Assembly (NCBI GenBank): GCA_963816355.1
Contig: CAWFKH010000001.1
Span: 10,981-74,980, forward strand
Reading direction: 5' to 3'
Length of the DNA stretch: 64,000 bases
DNA from: an uncultured Gemmatimonadales bacterium
Lineage (GTDB): Bacteria > Gemmatimonadota > Gemmatimonadetes > Longimicrobiales > RSA9
The notes beneath the pieces are model-generated. The model made no database searches and was not told the DNA's origin. It was given only the letters and a program-made list of their open reading frames with translations. A program made the position numbers and the translations under genes. This document shows positions 27,813-36,531 of the stretch, piece by piece. The first letter of the stretch is position 1, and every line of letters starts with the position of its first letter.

Positions 27813-27960
27813 GGGGCCGCGCTCCCGGCCGCGCTCCCGGCCGCGCATCCGCCGCGCACCCGCCCCCCATCCGCACGAGGCGCGAGGGGCGGGGCTGATG
27901 CCCGCACGAGGCGCGAGGCGCCGGCCTGATTCCCGCACGCGACACGAGGGGCCCCGGCGG
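27813..27960. repeat. Intergenic short tandem repeats (12-bp x2, then about 31-bp x3)
   Basis: ggccgcgctccc occurs twice (27813-27836). ccgcacgaggcgcgagg occurs at 27871 and 27902, with a degenerate third copy at 27933. The repeats lie between convergent genes. Confidence 0.6.
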
Positions 27961-28060
27961 AATCCGCCGGAGCCCCTCGCCCTCTCCCGGGAGCCCCGCG
28001 ATCTCCAGGGAGCGCCACCGGAGCCCCCGTAGGCCCCAGCACCCGCAGCCCCCGGACCTG

Positions 28061-31000
28061 CTACCTCTCCGCCCCGCCCTCCTCCCCGCCCTCGGCGTCC
28101 TCCGCCGAACCCTGCCCCTTCACGTGCACCGTCTGCCGCAGCGTCTGGCCACCCGCCGTCAGCACCACCGTGTAGTCCCCGCTGTCCACGGTGCCCGGCC
28201 CGCCGCCGAAGCCGCGGAACCCGCCGAAGCCCCGGATGCCGGAGCTGCGCAGCGCCTGGAAGATCTCGCGGATCACGTCGGTCGGCACCTCGCCGCCCGC
28301 CGCCCCCGCGCCGCCCGCCCTCGCGGCACCCGCCGCGGCACCCGCCCCCGCAGCCCCGCGTTCCCGCGGCGGCGGCGACTCCGCCGGCCGCGCGACGAAC
28401 GGCTCCCCCGCCACCACGCCTTCACCGCGCCCGCCGCCGCCGAAGAAGCGGCGGCCGCCGCCCTCGATCTGCGCGAGCGCGCGGTCCACCATCCGCCGAT
28501 CCATTCCGGACGACACCAGCGAGTCCCCGATCTCCTTCAGCCGCACCACCCTCGCCACGCTGTCCCGCTTCTCCGAAGGCGACAGCGGCCCGCGCGGCTC
28601 CGGCTTCTTGCGGAAGTCCCACGCCACGTGGTGAAGCCCGCGGCTGCCGGGGCCCGTCAGCGTCTGCACCGTGTCGCCCGCCGCGTTCAGGATCGCGATG
28701 TGGACCTGCTCCGCCCGCGGCGGCCGCCGGAATCCACCCGCGCCCGCGGCGCCCGCCCGAGCGCCCGCGACTCCCGCCCGAGCGCCGGCGCCGGCTCGTT
28801 CGCCCGCCCCGGCACCGGCTCGAGCACCCGCGGCGCCCGCCTGGGCGCCCGCGGCCGCGCCCTCGTCCCCGGCCGCGCCGTCGCCCGACAGCTCCGCCGC
28901 CGCCGGCGCCAGCGCCTGGGGCAGCCAGTAGGAGATCGTGGCGCCGTAGTCGGGGCTGGGCGCCTGGAAGAACTGCTGCGCGACCGACTCGCCGCCGATG
29001 GGCGGGTCGCCGAACTGGAACGCGCTGTCGGGGTCGAAGAGGACCGGCCCGGCGAGGTCCGCCTTCGGCAGCTGCTCGAGAGGCGCGATGCCGACGATCC
29101 ACAGCGAGCGGCCGTGCGTGCCGGCGATCAGCTCGTGGTCGCGCGGGTGGATCTTCAGGTCGAAGACGGCGACCGTCGGGAAGTTCTCCATGAACGCCCG
29201 CCAGCTCGCGCCCCGGTCGGTCGACACGTAGACGCCCACGCCCGTGCCGGCGAAGAGCAGGTCGCGGTTGTACGGGTCCTCGCGGATCACCAGCACGAAG
29301 TCCGGGCCGCCGGTGGGCAGACCCGCGGCGATCGAGCGGAAGCTCCTGCCGCCGTCGTTCGTCACGAAGACGTACGGCTTGAAGTCGTTCGTCGTGTGGC
29401 CGTCGAACGTGACGTAGAACGTGTTCGCGTCGAAGTGCGACGGCTCGATGCGGCTCACCCACGTGGTGTCCGGCACCAGCCCCTTGAAGCGCGGCGTCAG
29501 GTTCGTCCAGTGGCCGCCGTCGTCCGGCGAGAGCCAGACGTTGCCGTCGTCGGTGCCCGCGTAGAGCAGGCCGCGCGTCACCGGCGACTCCGCGAGCGCC
29601 GTGATCGTCGCGTACGTCTCGGCGCCGGTCACGTCCGGCGTGATGCCGCCGGTCGTCGCCGTGCTGACCCGGATCTTCGCCGTGTCGCGCTTGCTCAGGT
29701 CCGGCGAGATCACGATCAGCGTGTCGCCCCGGTTCGGCGACTTCAGCACCTTGTTCGCGCCGACGTAGAGCACGTGCGGGTCGTGCGGCGAGAGGAAGAA
29801 CGGCGTGTCCCAGTTGAAGCGCAGCGCGCTGTCCACCGAGTCCGCGAACTGGCGCGCGCGCAGCTCGGCCAGGTGCTTCTTCACCGCCGCCGGCGGCGGC
29901 GACGTCGTATCGCCGCGCTCCACGACGATCGAGTCCTCGTACTCGCGGTAGCGGTCCTCCCACCCCGGCTTGCGCAGCCGCTTCGACTCGCCGCTCGCCA
30001 TGTTCACGCGCACCACGTTGCCGCCCTGCGACTCCGCGTAGACCGTGTTCGCGTCCGTCGGGTCCTGCGCCGTGTAGAAGCCGTCGCCTCCCGCGATCGT
30101 CGCCCACATGTAGTTGTCCAGCATGCCGCGCTGCCGCCGGCTCGGCCCACACCACGAGCCGTTGTCCTGCAGCCCGCCGCACACCCGGTACGGCGTCCCC
30201 ATGTCGAAGCTGATCGCGTAGAACTGGCCGATCGGCAGGATGTTCACGTACTCGTAGTTGCCGCCGCGGTCGAACGTCTGCGCCACGCCGCCGTCGTTGC
30301 CGACGATGAAGTGCTCCGGGTCCGTCGGATCGATCCACATCGCGTGGTCGTCCACGTGCACGCCGTTCGTCCCCGTGCGCACCGTCTTGCCGCCGTCGTC
30401 GGAAAACTGGAACGGCGTCGACGACCAGTAGATCCGGTTCGGATCCTTCGGGTCGACCCTCACCTGCGAGTAGTAGAACGGGCGGTTGTTCCGGTCGTTC
30501 ATCTTCGCCCACGTCGCGCCGCCGTCGCCCGAGCGGTAGAGGCCCGACTCGTTCGGCGCCTCCTTCGTCTTCCCCGCCGCCTCGACCAGCGCGTATACGA
30601 CGTCGCGGTCGCTGGGCGCGATGGCGATCCCGATCCGGCCCTTCATCCCCTCCGGGAATCCGCCCCCCTTCACCTCCGCCCACGTGGCGCCGGCGTCCGT
30701 CGACTTCCACAGCGCGCCGCCGGGGCCGCCGCTGTTCAGGAAATACGGCCCGCGCACCCGCTGCCAGCTCGAGGCGAAGACCACGTCCGGATTCGCCGGG
30801 TCCAGCGCGACGTCGACGAAGCCGGCCTTGTCGCTCACGAACTTGCTCTTCTTCCACGTGCGGCCGCCGTCCGTCGTCTTGTACAGGCCGCGCTCCGGGT
30901 TCGCGCCCCACGCGTGACCCAGCGCCGCCACGTAGACGACGTCCGCATCGCGCGGATCGACCACGATGCGGCCGATCTGCTGCGTCGCCTCCAGCCCCAT

Positions 31001-31417
31001 CGACTGCCACGTCAGCCCGCCGTCCGTCGACTTGTAGACGCCGCCGCCCGGCAGGATCGAGTTGCGCGAGTCCTCCTCCCCCGTCCCCGCCCACACCTGC
31101 ATCGTGTCGCTCGGCGCGATCGCCAGATCACCCATCGACGCCACGCGCTCGTGCTCGAACACCGGCCGGAACGTCGTCCCGGAATTCGTCGTCTTCCAGA
31201 TCCCGCCGCCCGCGGCGGCGACGAAATACGTCTTCGACGGACTCGCGATCCCCTCGATGTCCGTCACGCGGCCGTCCACGTTCGCCGGCCCGATCGTGCG
31301 CCAGCGGAACGCCGCGAGGAACGTCGAATCCGGTGCGGCGCTCGACTGCGCCTGCAGCGGCGCGGCGCAGAGCGCCGCCAGCGCGAAGACGGCACCACGG
31401 AGGCGTTGCTTCTTCAT
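28061..31417 (-). CDS. Large secreted BNR/Asp-box (sortilin/VPS10-like beta-propeller) protein
   Basis: Track ORF of 1118 aa. Signal peptide MKKQRLRGAVFALAALCAAPLQAQS. Many Asp-boxes: KTTNSGTTF, KSTDGGLTW, KTTDGGRTW, KSTDAGATW, RSGDGGATW, SDDGGKTV, TNDGGRSF, STDRGASW. There is an Ala/Gly/Arg low-complexity insert near the C-terminus. Confidence 0.85.
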   Translation of the reverse strand: MKKQRLRGAVFALAALCAAPLQAQSSAAPDSTFLAAFRWRTIGPANVDGRVTDIEGIASPSKTYFVAAAGGGIWKTTNSGTTFRPVFEHERVASMGDLAIAPSDTMQVWAGTGEEDSRNSILPGGGVYKSTDGGLTWQSMGLEATQQIGRIVVDPRDADVVYVAALGHAWGANPERGLYKTTDGGRTWKKSKFVSDKAGFVDVALDPANPDVVFASSWQRVRGPYFLNSGGPGGALWKSTDAGATWAEVKGGGFPEGMKGRIGIAIAPSDRDVVYALVEAAGKTKEAPNESGLYRSGDGGATWAKMNDRNNRPFYYSQVRVDPKDPNRIYWSSTPFQFSDDGGKTVRTGTNGVHVDDHAMWIDPTDPEHFIVGNDGGVAQTFDRGGNYEYVNILPIGQFYAISFDMGTPYRVCGGLQDNGSWCGPSRRQRGMLDNYMWATIAGGDGFYTAQDPTDANTVYAESQGGNVVRVNMASGESKRLRKPGWEDRYREYEDSIVVERGDTTSPPPAAVKKHLAELRARQFADSVDSALRFNWDTPFFLSPHDPHVLYVGANKVLKSPNRGDTLIVISPDLSKRDTAKIRVSTATTGGITPDVTGAETYATITALAESPVTRGLLYAGTDDGNVWLSPDDGGHWTNLTPRFKGLVPDTTWVSRIEPSHFDANTFYVTFDGHTTNDFKPYVFVTNDGGRSFRSIAAGLPTGGPDFVLVIREDPYNRDLLFAGTGVGVYVSTDRGASWRAFMENFPTVAVFDLKIHPRDHELIAGTHGRSLWIVGIAPLEQLPKADLAGPVLFDPDSAFQFGDPPIGGESVAQQFFQAPSPDYGATISYWLPQALAPAAAELSGDGAAGDEGAAAGAQAGAAGARAGAGAGERAGAGARAGVAGARAGAAGAGGFRRPPRAEQVHIAILNAAGDTVQTLTGPGSRGLHHVAWDFRKKPEPRGPLSPSEKRDSVARVVRLKEIGDSLVSSGMDRRMVDRALAQIEGGGRRFFGGGGRGEGVVAGEPFVARPAESPPPRERGAAGAGAAAGAARAGGAGAAGGEVPTDVIREIFQALRSSGIRGFGGFRGFGGGPGTVDSGDYTVVLTAGGQTLRQTVHVKGQGSAEDAEGGEEGGAER

Positions 31418-31574
31418 CCTGACCTCGATCGCTGTGTGGACGTGGACCCGGCGCGCGGCCGCTCGCGACCGCGCTCGGCCGCCTCGGCCGCCTCGGCCGC
31501 GCGGGAGTCGGAGACGCGGCCCCGCCCGGGCCGCTCAGCCTTGAACGACGCGCGGCGCCCGCAAAACGTTGAGC

Positions 31575-32366
31575 TCAGCGCAGCGACAGCGTCACGCCGG
31601 CCAGCAGCCGCGCATCGTCCGGCCGCAGATCCGCGGGCGGCCGGCTGTCCCGCCGCCACTCGAGCGAGAGCTGCACGCCCACCCCGTGCGCGACCGCGAC
31701 GTCCAGCCCCGCGTCGCTCAGCACGCGGTAATCCGCCGGCGCCCGCAGCCGCGGCTGGAAGTACAGCACCTCCGTCGCGCTCACGCCCGGCCGCAGATCG
31801 AGCGTACCCGCGACGATGCCGTCCAGCCGCGTCGTTCGCTCCCGCGCGCGCTCCCCCGGCGCCAGCCGCGACGCGTCCAGCCGCTCCCACTCCAGCATCG
31901 CGCCCACCCCCGCGTCCACGCGCCCGCCCGCCCCCGCCGCCAGCCGGCGCCGCACGCCGCTCCCCACCAGCACGCGCCGCTCGAGCAGCAGCCGCGCGTT
32001 CGACTGCACCTGCACGAAGTGGAACGTGCGCCAGCGCCGCGTCAGGAAGTAGCTGTAGCGGAGGTGCACGTAACGGTTGTCCACGAGCCGCTCGCCGCCC
32101 CGCTGCTGCAGGTAGTCCGCGCCCGCGAACAGCCGCACCCAGTGACGCGCCGCGCGGTAAGCCGCCCCGGCGCTCACCGACGCCTGCGCCACCCGCGTGT
32201 TGCCCGCGCTCACGCTGCCCGTGCCCGCGAAGTCGAGCTGCGCCCCCATCACCGTGTCCGACTGCAGCCGCTCCACGTTCAGGATGCTCTGGCCGCGCGC
32301 CCCGGCCGCGACTCCGAGCAGCAGGACGACGGCGGCGGCGCACGCCGCCGTGGCACTCGCCTGCAT
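31575..32366 (-). CDS. DUF481-like outer-membrane beta-barrel protein
   Basis: Track ORF 31575..32393. ATG at 32366 has GAGGAGGGAG upstream. Signal peptide AAAVVLLLGVAAGARGQS; the DYLQQRG...RYVHLRYSYFLT...FHFVQVQSN pattern is typical of DUF481. Confidence 0.7.
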   Translation of the reverse strand: MQASATAACAAAVVLLLGVAAGARGQSILNVERLQSDTVMGAQLDFAGTGSVSAGNTRVAQASVSAGAAYRAARHWVRLFAGADYLQQRGGERLVDNRYVHLRYSYFLTRRWRTFHFVQVQSNARLLLERRVLVGSGVRRRLAAGAGGRVDAGVGAMLEWERLDASRLAPGERARERTTRLDGIVAGTLDLRPGVSATEVLYFQPRLRAPADYRVLSDAGLDVAVAHGVGVQLSLEWRRDSRPPADLRPDDARLLAGVTLSLR

Positions 32367-32483
32367 CCGCTCCCTCCTCTTCCGACGCTGCACCCCTGGA
32401 CGCCGCCCGCGCCCGCGCTCACCTTCCCCCGCGTCCCGCTGTCACGGGAACCCGATCGCTCCCCGCTCGATTGCGATGGCACG

Positions 32484-33206
32484 ATGCACACGTTCGCCTC
32501 GATCCTCGCCGGCGGCCTTGCCGACGACCTGCAGCGGCACCCGCTGCTGGCCCTCGGCACGCTCTTCGGCGCCGGCGTGCTGACCAGCCTCACGCCGTGC
32601 ATCTACCCGATGATCCCGATCACCATCGGCGTCATCGGCGGGAGCGCGGCCGCGGACCGCACACGCCGCCGCACCGTCCTGCTCACGCTCACCTACGCCG
32701 CCGGGCTCGCGCTCCTCTACGCGCTGCTCGGGCTGCTCGCCGGGCTGACCGGATCCCTCTTCGGCACCATCAGCGCCAACCCGTGGGCGCGCTTCGCCAC
32801 CGCCAACCTGCTCCTCCTCTTCGGCCTGGCGATGCTCGACGTGTTCCCCCTCGCCGCGCCCGCCCGCCTCGTCGCCTGGGCCGGCCGCCTCGGCGGCGGC
32901 TCCTTCCCCGCCGTCTTCCTGCTCGGCGCCACATCCGGCCTCGTCGCCGCGCCCTGCGGCGCGCCCGCGTTCGCCGCCGTCCTCACCTGGGTCGCCGGAC
33001 AGGGGAGCCCCGCGCTCGGATTCGTGTATCTCTTCGTGTTCTCGCTCGGGATGACCGCGCTGCTCATCGTCGCCGGCATCTTCTCCGGCTCGCTCGCGCG
33101 CCTGCCGCGCGCCGGCCGCTGGACCCTCTGGGTCAAGCGGATCGCCGGCGTCGTCCTGATCGGGATGGCGGAATACTACTTCATTCAGATGGGAATGGTA
33201 CTGTGA
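32484..33206 (+). CDS. ccdA: Cytochrome c biogenesis / thiol-disulfide electron transporter CcdA (DsbD core)
   Basis: Same frame as track ORF 31569..33206; ATG at 32484. The two conserved Cys motifs are LTPCIYPMIP and VAAPCGAP. Six TM helices. Confidence 0.85.
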   Translation: MHTFASILAGGLADDLQRHPLLALGTLFGAGVLTSLTPCIYPMIPITIGVIGGSAAADRTRRRTVLLTLTYAAGLALLYALLGLLAGLTGSLFGTISANPWARFATANLLLLFGLAMLDVFPLAAPARLVAWAGRLGGGSFPAVFLLGATSGLVAAPCGAPAFAAVLTWVAGQGSPALGFVYLFVFSLGMTALLIVAGIFSGSLARLPRAGRWTLWVKRIAGVVLIGMAEYYFIQMGMVL

Positions 33207-33820
33207 TCGGATCCAGAATCGACAGGCCCGAATCGACCGGGACGTCGCCCGAATCGACCGGGACGTCGCCCGAATCGATCGGGACGTCGCCCGAATCGAC
33301 GCGCCGCCTCGCCGGCGCCGCGCGCCTCGCGCTCGGCGCGCTCCTCGCCGCCGCCTTCACCGCCGCGCCGGCCGCGCTGCGCGCCCAGGACATCGGCCTC
33401 GACGTCGGCACCGCCCCGCCGGCCGTCACCATCGAGGACCTGCAGGGCAACGCCGTCGACCTCGGCGCCTACGTCGGCAAGCGGCCCGTCCTCCTCGAGT
33501 TCTGGGCCACCTGGTGCCCCATCTGCAAGGCGCTCGCGCCGCGCATCGAGGCCGCCCACCGCCGCTTCGGCGACCGCGTCGACTTCCTCGTCGTCGCCGT
33601 CGCCGTCAACGAGACGCCGCGCTCGATCCGCCGCCACCTGGCGAAGAACCCGGTGCCCGGCACGGTGCTGTGGGACGTCGACGGCCGCGCCACGCGCGCC
33701 TTCGACGCCCCCACCACCTCCTACGTCGTCGTGCTCGACCGCGCCGGCCGCGTCAGCTACACGGGCAGCGGCAGCGACCAGGACCTGGAGGGCGCGCTGG
33801 CGAAGGTCGCCGGCGGCTGA
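33203..33820 (+). CDS. TlpA/ResA-like periplasmic thioredoxin (thiol:disulfide oxidoreductase)
   Basis: GTG at 33203 overlaps the ccdA stop (GTGA), and there is no other in-frame start before the signal anchor. Reads VIGSRIDR-PESTGTS-PESTGTS-PESIGTS-PEST-RRLAGAARLALGALLAAAF, then LLEFWATWCPICKALAP (WCxxC). Confidence 0.85.
   Translation: MIGSRIDRPESTGTSPESTGTSPESIGTSPESTRRLAGAARLALGALLAAAFTAAPAALRAQDIGLDVGTAPPAVTIEDLQGNAVDLGAYVGKRPVLLEFWATWCPICKALAPRIEAAHRRFGDRVDFLVVAVAVNETPRSIRRHLAKNPVPGTVLWDVDGRATRAFDAPTTSYVVVLDRAGRVSYTGSGSDQDLEGALAKVAGG
33227..33300 (+). repeat. 21-bp in-frame tandem repeat (3.5 copies) inside the tlpA-like gene
   Basis: cccgaatcgaccgggacgtcg at 33227, 33248 and 33269 (one mismatch in the third), then a partial fourth copy. 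Encodes PESTGTS heptads. Confidence 0.9.
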
Positions 33821-33865
33821 GGCGAGCGCTCCGCCGAGCGCGCCCGGGACCCGGACCGACGGCGC

Positions 33866-34489
33866 TCAGCCGCCGCCCGCGCTGTCCGGCGGCACGAGCC
33901 GATCGAGCGCCGCACCCAGCTCCTTGTACGCGGTCGGATCGATCTCGCGGAACGGCGTCGCCGTGTAGGCGATCTTCCCGTCCGGCCCCACCACATACAG
34001 GTTGCGGTTCGTGAGGTCCGGCCGCTGCGGGAAGACGGCGCCGTACGCGCGGCCGACCACCGCGCCGCTGTCGCTCGCCATGAGGAAGGGGAACTCGTCG
34101 TCGCGGGCCCACGACGCGAGATCGGCGGGCGAGTCCGTGCTGATCGCGATGAGCACGATCCCGTGGCCGTCGTGGAAGAGCTGCGCGTACTGATCACGGT
34201 ACGCGTGCATTTGGATCGTTCAGCCCTTCGTCCGCGCGCGCACGAAGAAGGACAGCACGACCGTCTTCCCCTTGTAGTCGCTGAGCCGCACCGGCTCCGC
34301 CAGCACCCCCCAGCGCGTCGCCCCCGGCATGCTGAAGTCCGGCGCGACGTCGCCCGCCTGCAGCGGCTTCACGTCCACCTTCGCCGGCGCGGCTCCGCCC
34401 TGCTGCGCCAGCGCCGGCGACGGCGCGCCCAGCGCCGCCGCGACGCCTCCGGCCGCCAGCCAACCGAGCAGCTTCGCTCTCCCTCTCAT
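33866..34489 (-). CDS. Secreted AhpC/TSA (Bcp/PrxQ-like) peroxiredoxin with in-frame UGA (34222..34220) at the peroxidatic position; probable selenoprotein
   Basis: Track ORFs 34220..34648 and 33866..34210 share one frame and are separated only by TGA ACG ATC CAA. ATG at 34489 follows AGGAGGAA. Signal MRGRAKLLGWLAAGGVAAALGAPSPALA, then GDVAPDFSMPG...KGKTVVLSFFVRARTKG-U-TIQMHAYRDQYAQLF...IAISTDS. Confidence 0.7.
34182..34209 (-). promoter_or_regulatory. SECIS-like stem-loop 11 nt downstream of the in-frame UGA
   Basis: mRNA UG-(AC)-CGCGUAC [CGUGAUCA] GUACGCG-CA: 7 contiguous bp plus 2 bp after a 2-nt bulge, with an 8-nt loop containing GU. Confidence 0.45.
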
Positions 34490-34613
34490 CGCATTCCTCC
34501 TGTGACGTTCGGCCCTCGCGCGGCCGAGCGGCCGCGCGAGAAAGTTCGGTCCGCGCCCAACATACGCGCCCTCGCCGGCACCCGCGAACCGCGCCCGCGA
34601 GACGCGACTCGCC

Positions 34614-35858
34614 TCACGCCACGCCGCCGTCGCGCGCCTCCTGCGCAATCCGCCCGCCGCCCCCGGGGTTCCCCTCCTCCTCCAGCTCGCCTCGCTGCGC
34701 TTCCTCGGGCGGCACCGCCACGCGCCGCGCGACGAGCACGTCAGTCGAGGAATGCACGACGATCGACGCGGCGATCACGACGGCGGCGAGCTGGAACACC
34801 TTCCCGGCCTGCTCGGCGCCGCTGCGCAGGACGAGGATCGCGAAGACGACGGAGGCGAACCCCTTCGGTCCGAACCACGCGGCGACGAGCTTCTCCTTGC
34901 GCGAGAGGCGGCTGCCCAGGAGCGCAATGCCGATCGCCAGCGGCCGCGCGACCACCAGCGCGAGCCCCACGAAGGCCAGCTCCGCCAGGCCGAAACCCTG
35001 AAAGAGCCGCCCCGCGAGCAGCGTCCCGAAGAGCAGCACGCCGGCGAACTTGAGCAGGTCCGCGATCCCCTCGCCGAACTCCCGGAACGCCTTCGAGAAC
35101 CGACCGCCGGTCGAGCTGAGCGTGGCCCCCGCCGCGAACGCGGCCAGGAACTCGTTGGCGTGCAGCAGCCCGGCCGTCGCGTAGACGATCATCGCCACCG
35201 CGACCGCCACGAAGCGCTGGTACGCGTCGCTCACGCCGAGGAAGCGGAAGCCGGTGACGCGCACGGCGCACCACGCGATCGCGACGCCGACGGCGAGACC
35301 CGCCGCGACCGAGCCGGCGAGCCGGAACGCGAGCGAGCTCGTGTCGTAGGTGGCCAGGATGCCGAGCACGATCGGCAGCGCCAGGCCGTCGTTCAGCCCG
35401 CTCTCCACGTTCAGCAGGTGGCGCAGCCGCCATGGCACCTCCGCCCGCTGCACGAGCGCCGCCGCGAAGACCGGGTCCGTCGGCGAGAGGACGGCGCCCA
35501 GGAGGAACGCTTCCCGCCAGCGCACTCCGACCACCACGTGCGCCGCCAGCGCCGTGAGGCCCAGCGTCAGCGGCATGCCGACCAGCAGCGCGCGACCCGG
35601 CGCCCGCCAGCCGCGCCGCAGGTCGTCCAGCCCGGTGCGCGTGCCGTCCGTGAAGAGGACGCTGAAGAGGACGATCTGCGCCAGGTAGCGCACCGACGCG
35701 GCGTCCGCCCTCACCCGCACCAGGCCGAAGCCGCCGCCGCCCACCAGCCAGCCCGCCACGAGGAAGACCACCGCCGAGGAGACGATGCTCCGCCGCGAGT
35801 AGTCCGAGACGATCGCGGCAAGGAAGAGGGCCAGCGCGAATGCGAGTACGGCGGTCAT
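34614..35858 (-). CDS. Na+/H+ (cation:proton) antiporter, CPA1 family
   Basis: Track ORF of 414 aa, polytopic. Motifs LFTDGTRTG, GAVLSPTDPV, VESGLNDGLALP. Confidence 0.85.
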   Translation of the reverse strand: MTAVLAFALALFLAAIVSDYSRRSIVSSAVVFLVAGWLVGGGGFGLVRVRADAASVRYLAQIVLFSVLFTDGTRTGLDDLRRGWRAPGRALLVGMPLTLGLTALAAHVVVGVRWREAFLLGAVLSPTDPVFAAALVQRAEVPWRLRHLLNVESGLNDGLALPIVLGILATYDTSSLAFRLAGSVAAGLAVGVAIAWCAVRVTGFRFLGVSDAYQRFVAVAVAMIVYATAGLLHANEFLAAFAAGATLSSTGGRFSKAFREFGEGIADLLKFAGVLLFGTLLAGRLFQGFGLAELAFVGLALVVARPLAIGIALLGSRLSRKEKLVAAWFGPKGFASVVFAILVLRSGAEQAGKVFQLAAVVIAASIVVHSSTDVLVARRVAVPPEEAQRGELEEEGNPGGGGRIAQEARDGGVA

Positions 35859-35941
35859 GGCACCGGCGCTTCCGGTGCAAGCTCCAATCCACGCGCCGGG
35901 CGTGCGGCCCTACGCGCCGCCCAGCGAGCGCCGCTCCCCGC

Positions 35942-36517
35942 CTACCCGCCGCCCGCCAGCCGCGCGAAGTGCGCCTTGCGCAGCTTCGCGATCTTCGGCT
36001 CGATCACCAGCCGGCAGTACGACTGCTCCGGGTTGCGCCGGAAGTACTCGCGGTGGTACGCCTCCGCCGCATAAAACGCCTCCAGCGGTGCGACCTCCGT
36101 CACGATCGGCCCCCGCCACGTGCCCGCCCGCTCCAGCTCCGCGATCGCCGACTCCGCCGCCTCGCGCTGCTCCGGCGTGTGGTAGAAGATCGCCGAGCGG
36201 TACTGCGTGCCGACATCCGCCCCTTGCCGGTTCGGCGTCGTCGGGTCGTGGATCGTGAAGAAGACGTCGAGCAGGTCGCGGTAGCTCACCACCGCCGCGT
36301 CGAACCGCACCTGGACCGCCTCCGCGTGCCCGGTCCCGCCGCCGCACACCTGCCGGTACGTCGGGTTCGCCACCGTGCCGCCGGTGTAGCCGGATACCAC
36401 CGACTCCACCCCGCGGATCAGCTCGAACGCCGCTTCCAGGCACCAGAAGCAGCCGCCCGCCAGCGTCGCCGTCTCCAGCGCCCGCTCCTCCACTCGCCCT
36501 CCCTCGCTCCCGTCCAT
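35942..36517 (-). CDS. msrA: Peptide methionine (S)-sulfoxide reductase
   Basis: This is the 3' part of track ORF 35942..38332. ATG at 36517 follows AAGGGGAG. Motifs GGCFWCLEA, GYTGG...NPTYRQVC, GHAEAVQV, YHREYF. Confidence 0.9.
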   Translation of the reverse strand: MDGSEGGRVEERALETATLAGGCFWCLEAAFELIRGVESVVSGYTGGTVANPTYRQVCGGGTGHAEAVQVRFDAAVVSYRDLLDVFFTIHDPTTPNRQGADVGTQYRSAIFYHTPEQREAAESAIAELERAGTWRGPIVTEVAPLEAFYAAEAYHREYFRRNPEQSYCRLVIEPKIAKLRKAHFARLAGGG

Positions 36518-36531
36518 CGCCCGACTCCCCT

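Noticed and set aside
28124-33820. 1898-aa plus-strand ORF, the longest in the track. The same issue applies to 42214..46173 (1319 aa), 42852..46886 (1344 aa), 3585..5942, 6099..8447, 8131..10131, 18247..20235, 57721..60426 and others.
   Set aside because: Their composition is Arg/Pro/Ala/Gly-dominated and shows no motifs. They run antisense to, or out of frame with, genes that carry unambiguous catalytic motifs. Stop codons are rare in all frames at about 75% GC. Only the last 206 codons of 28124..33820 (the tlpA-like gene) are real.
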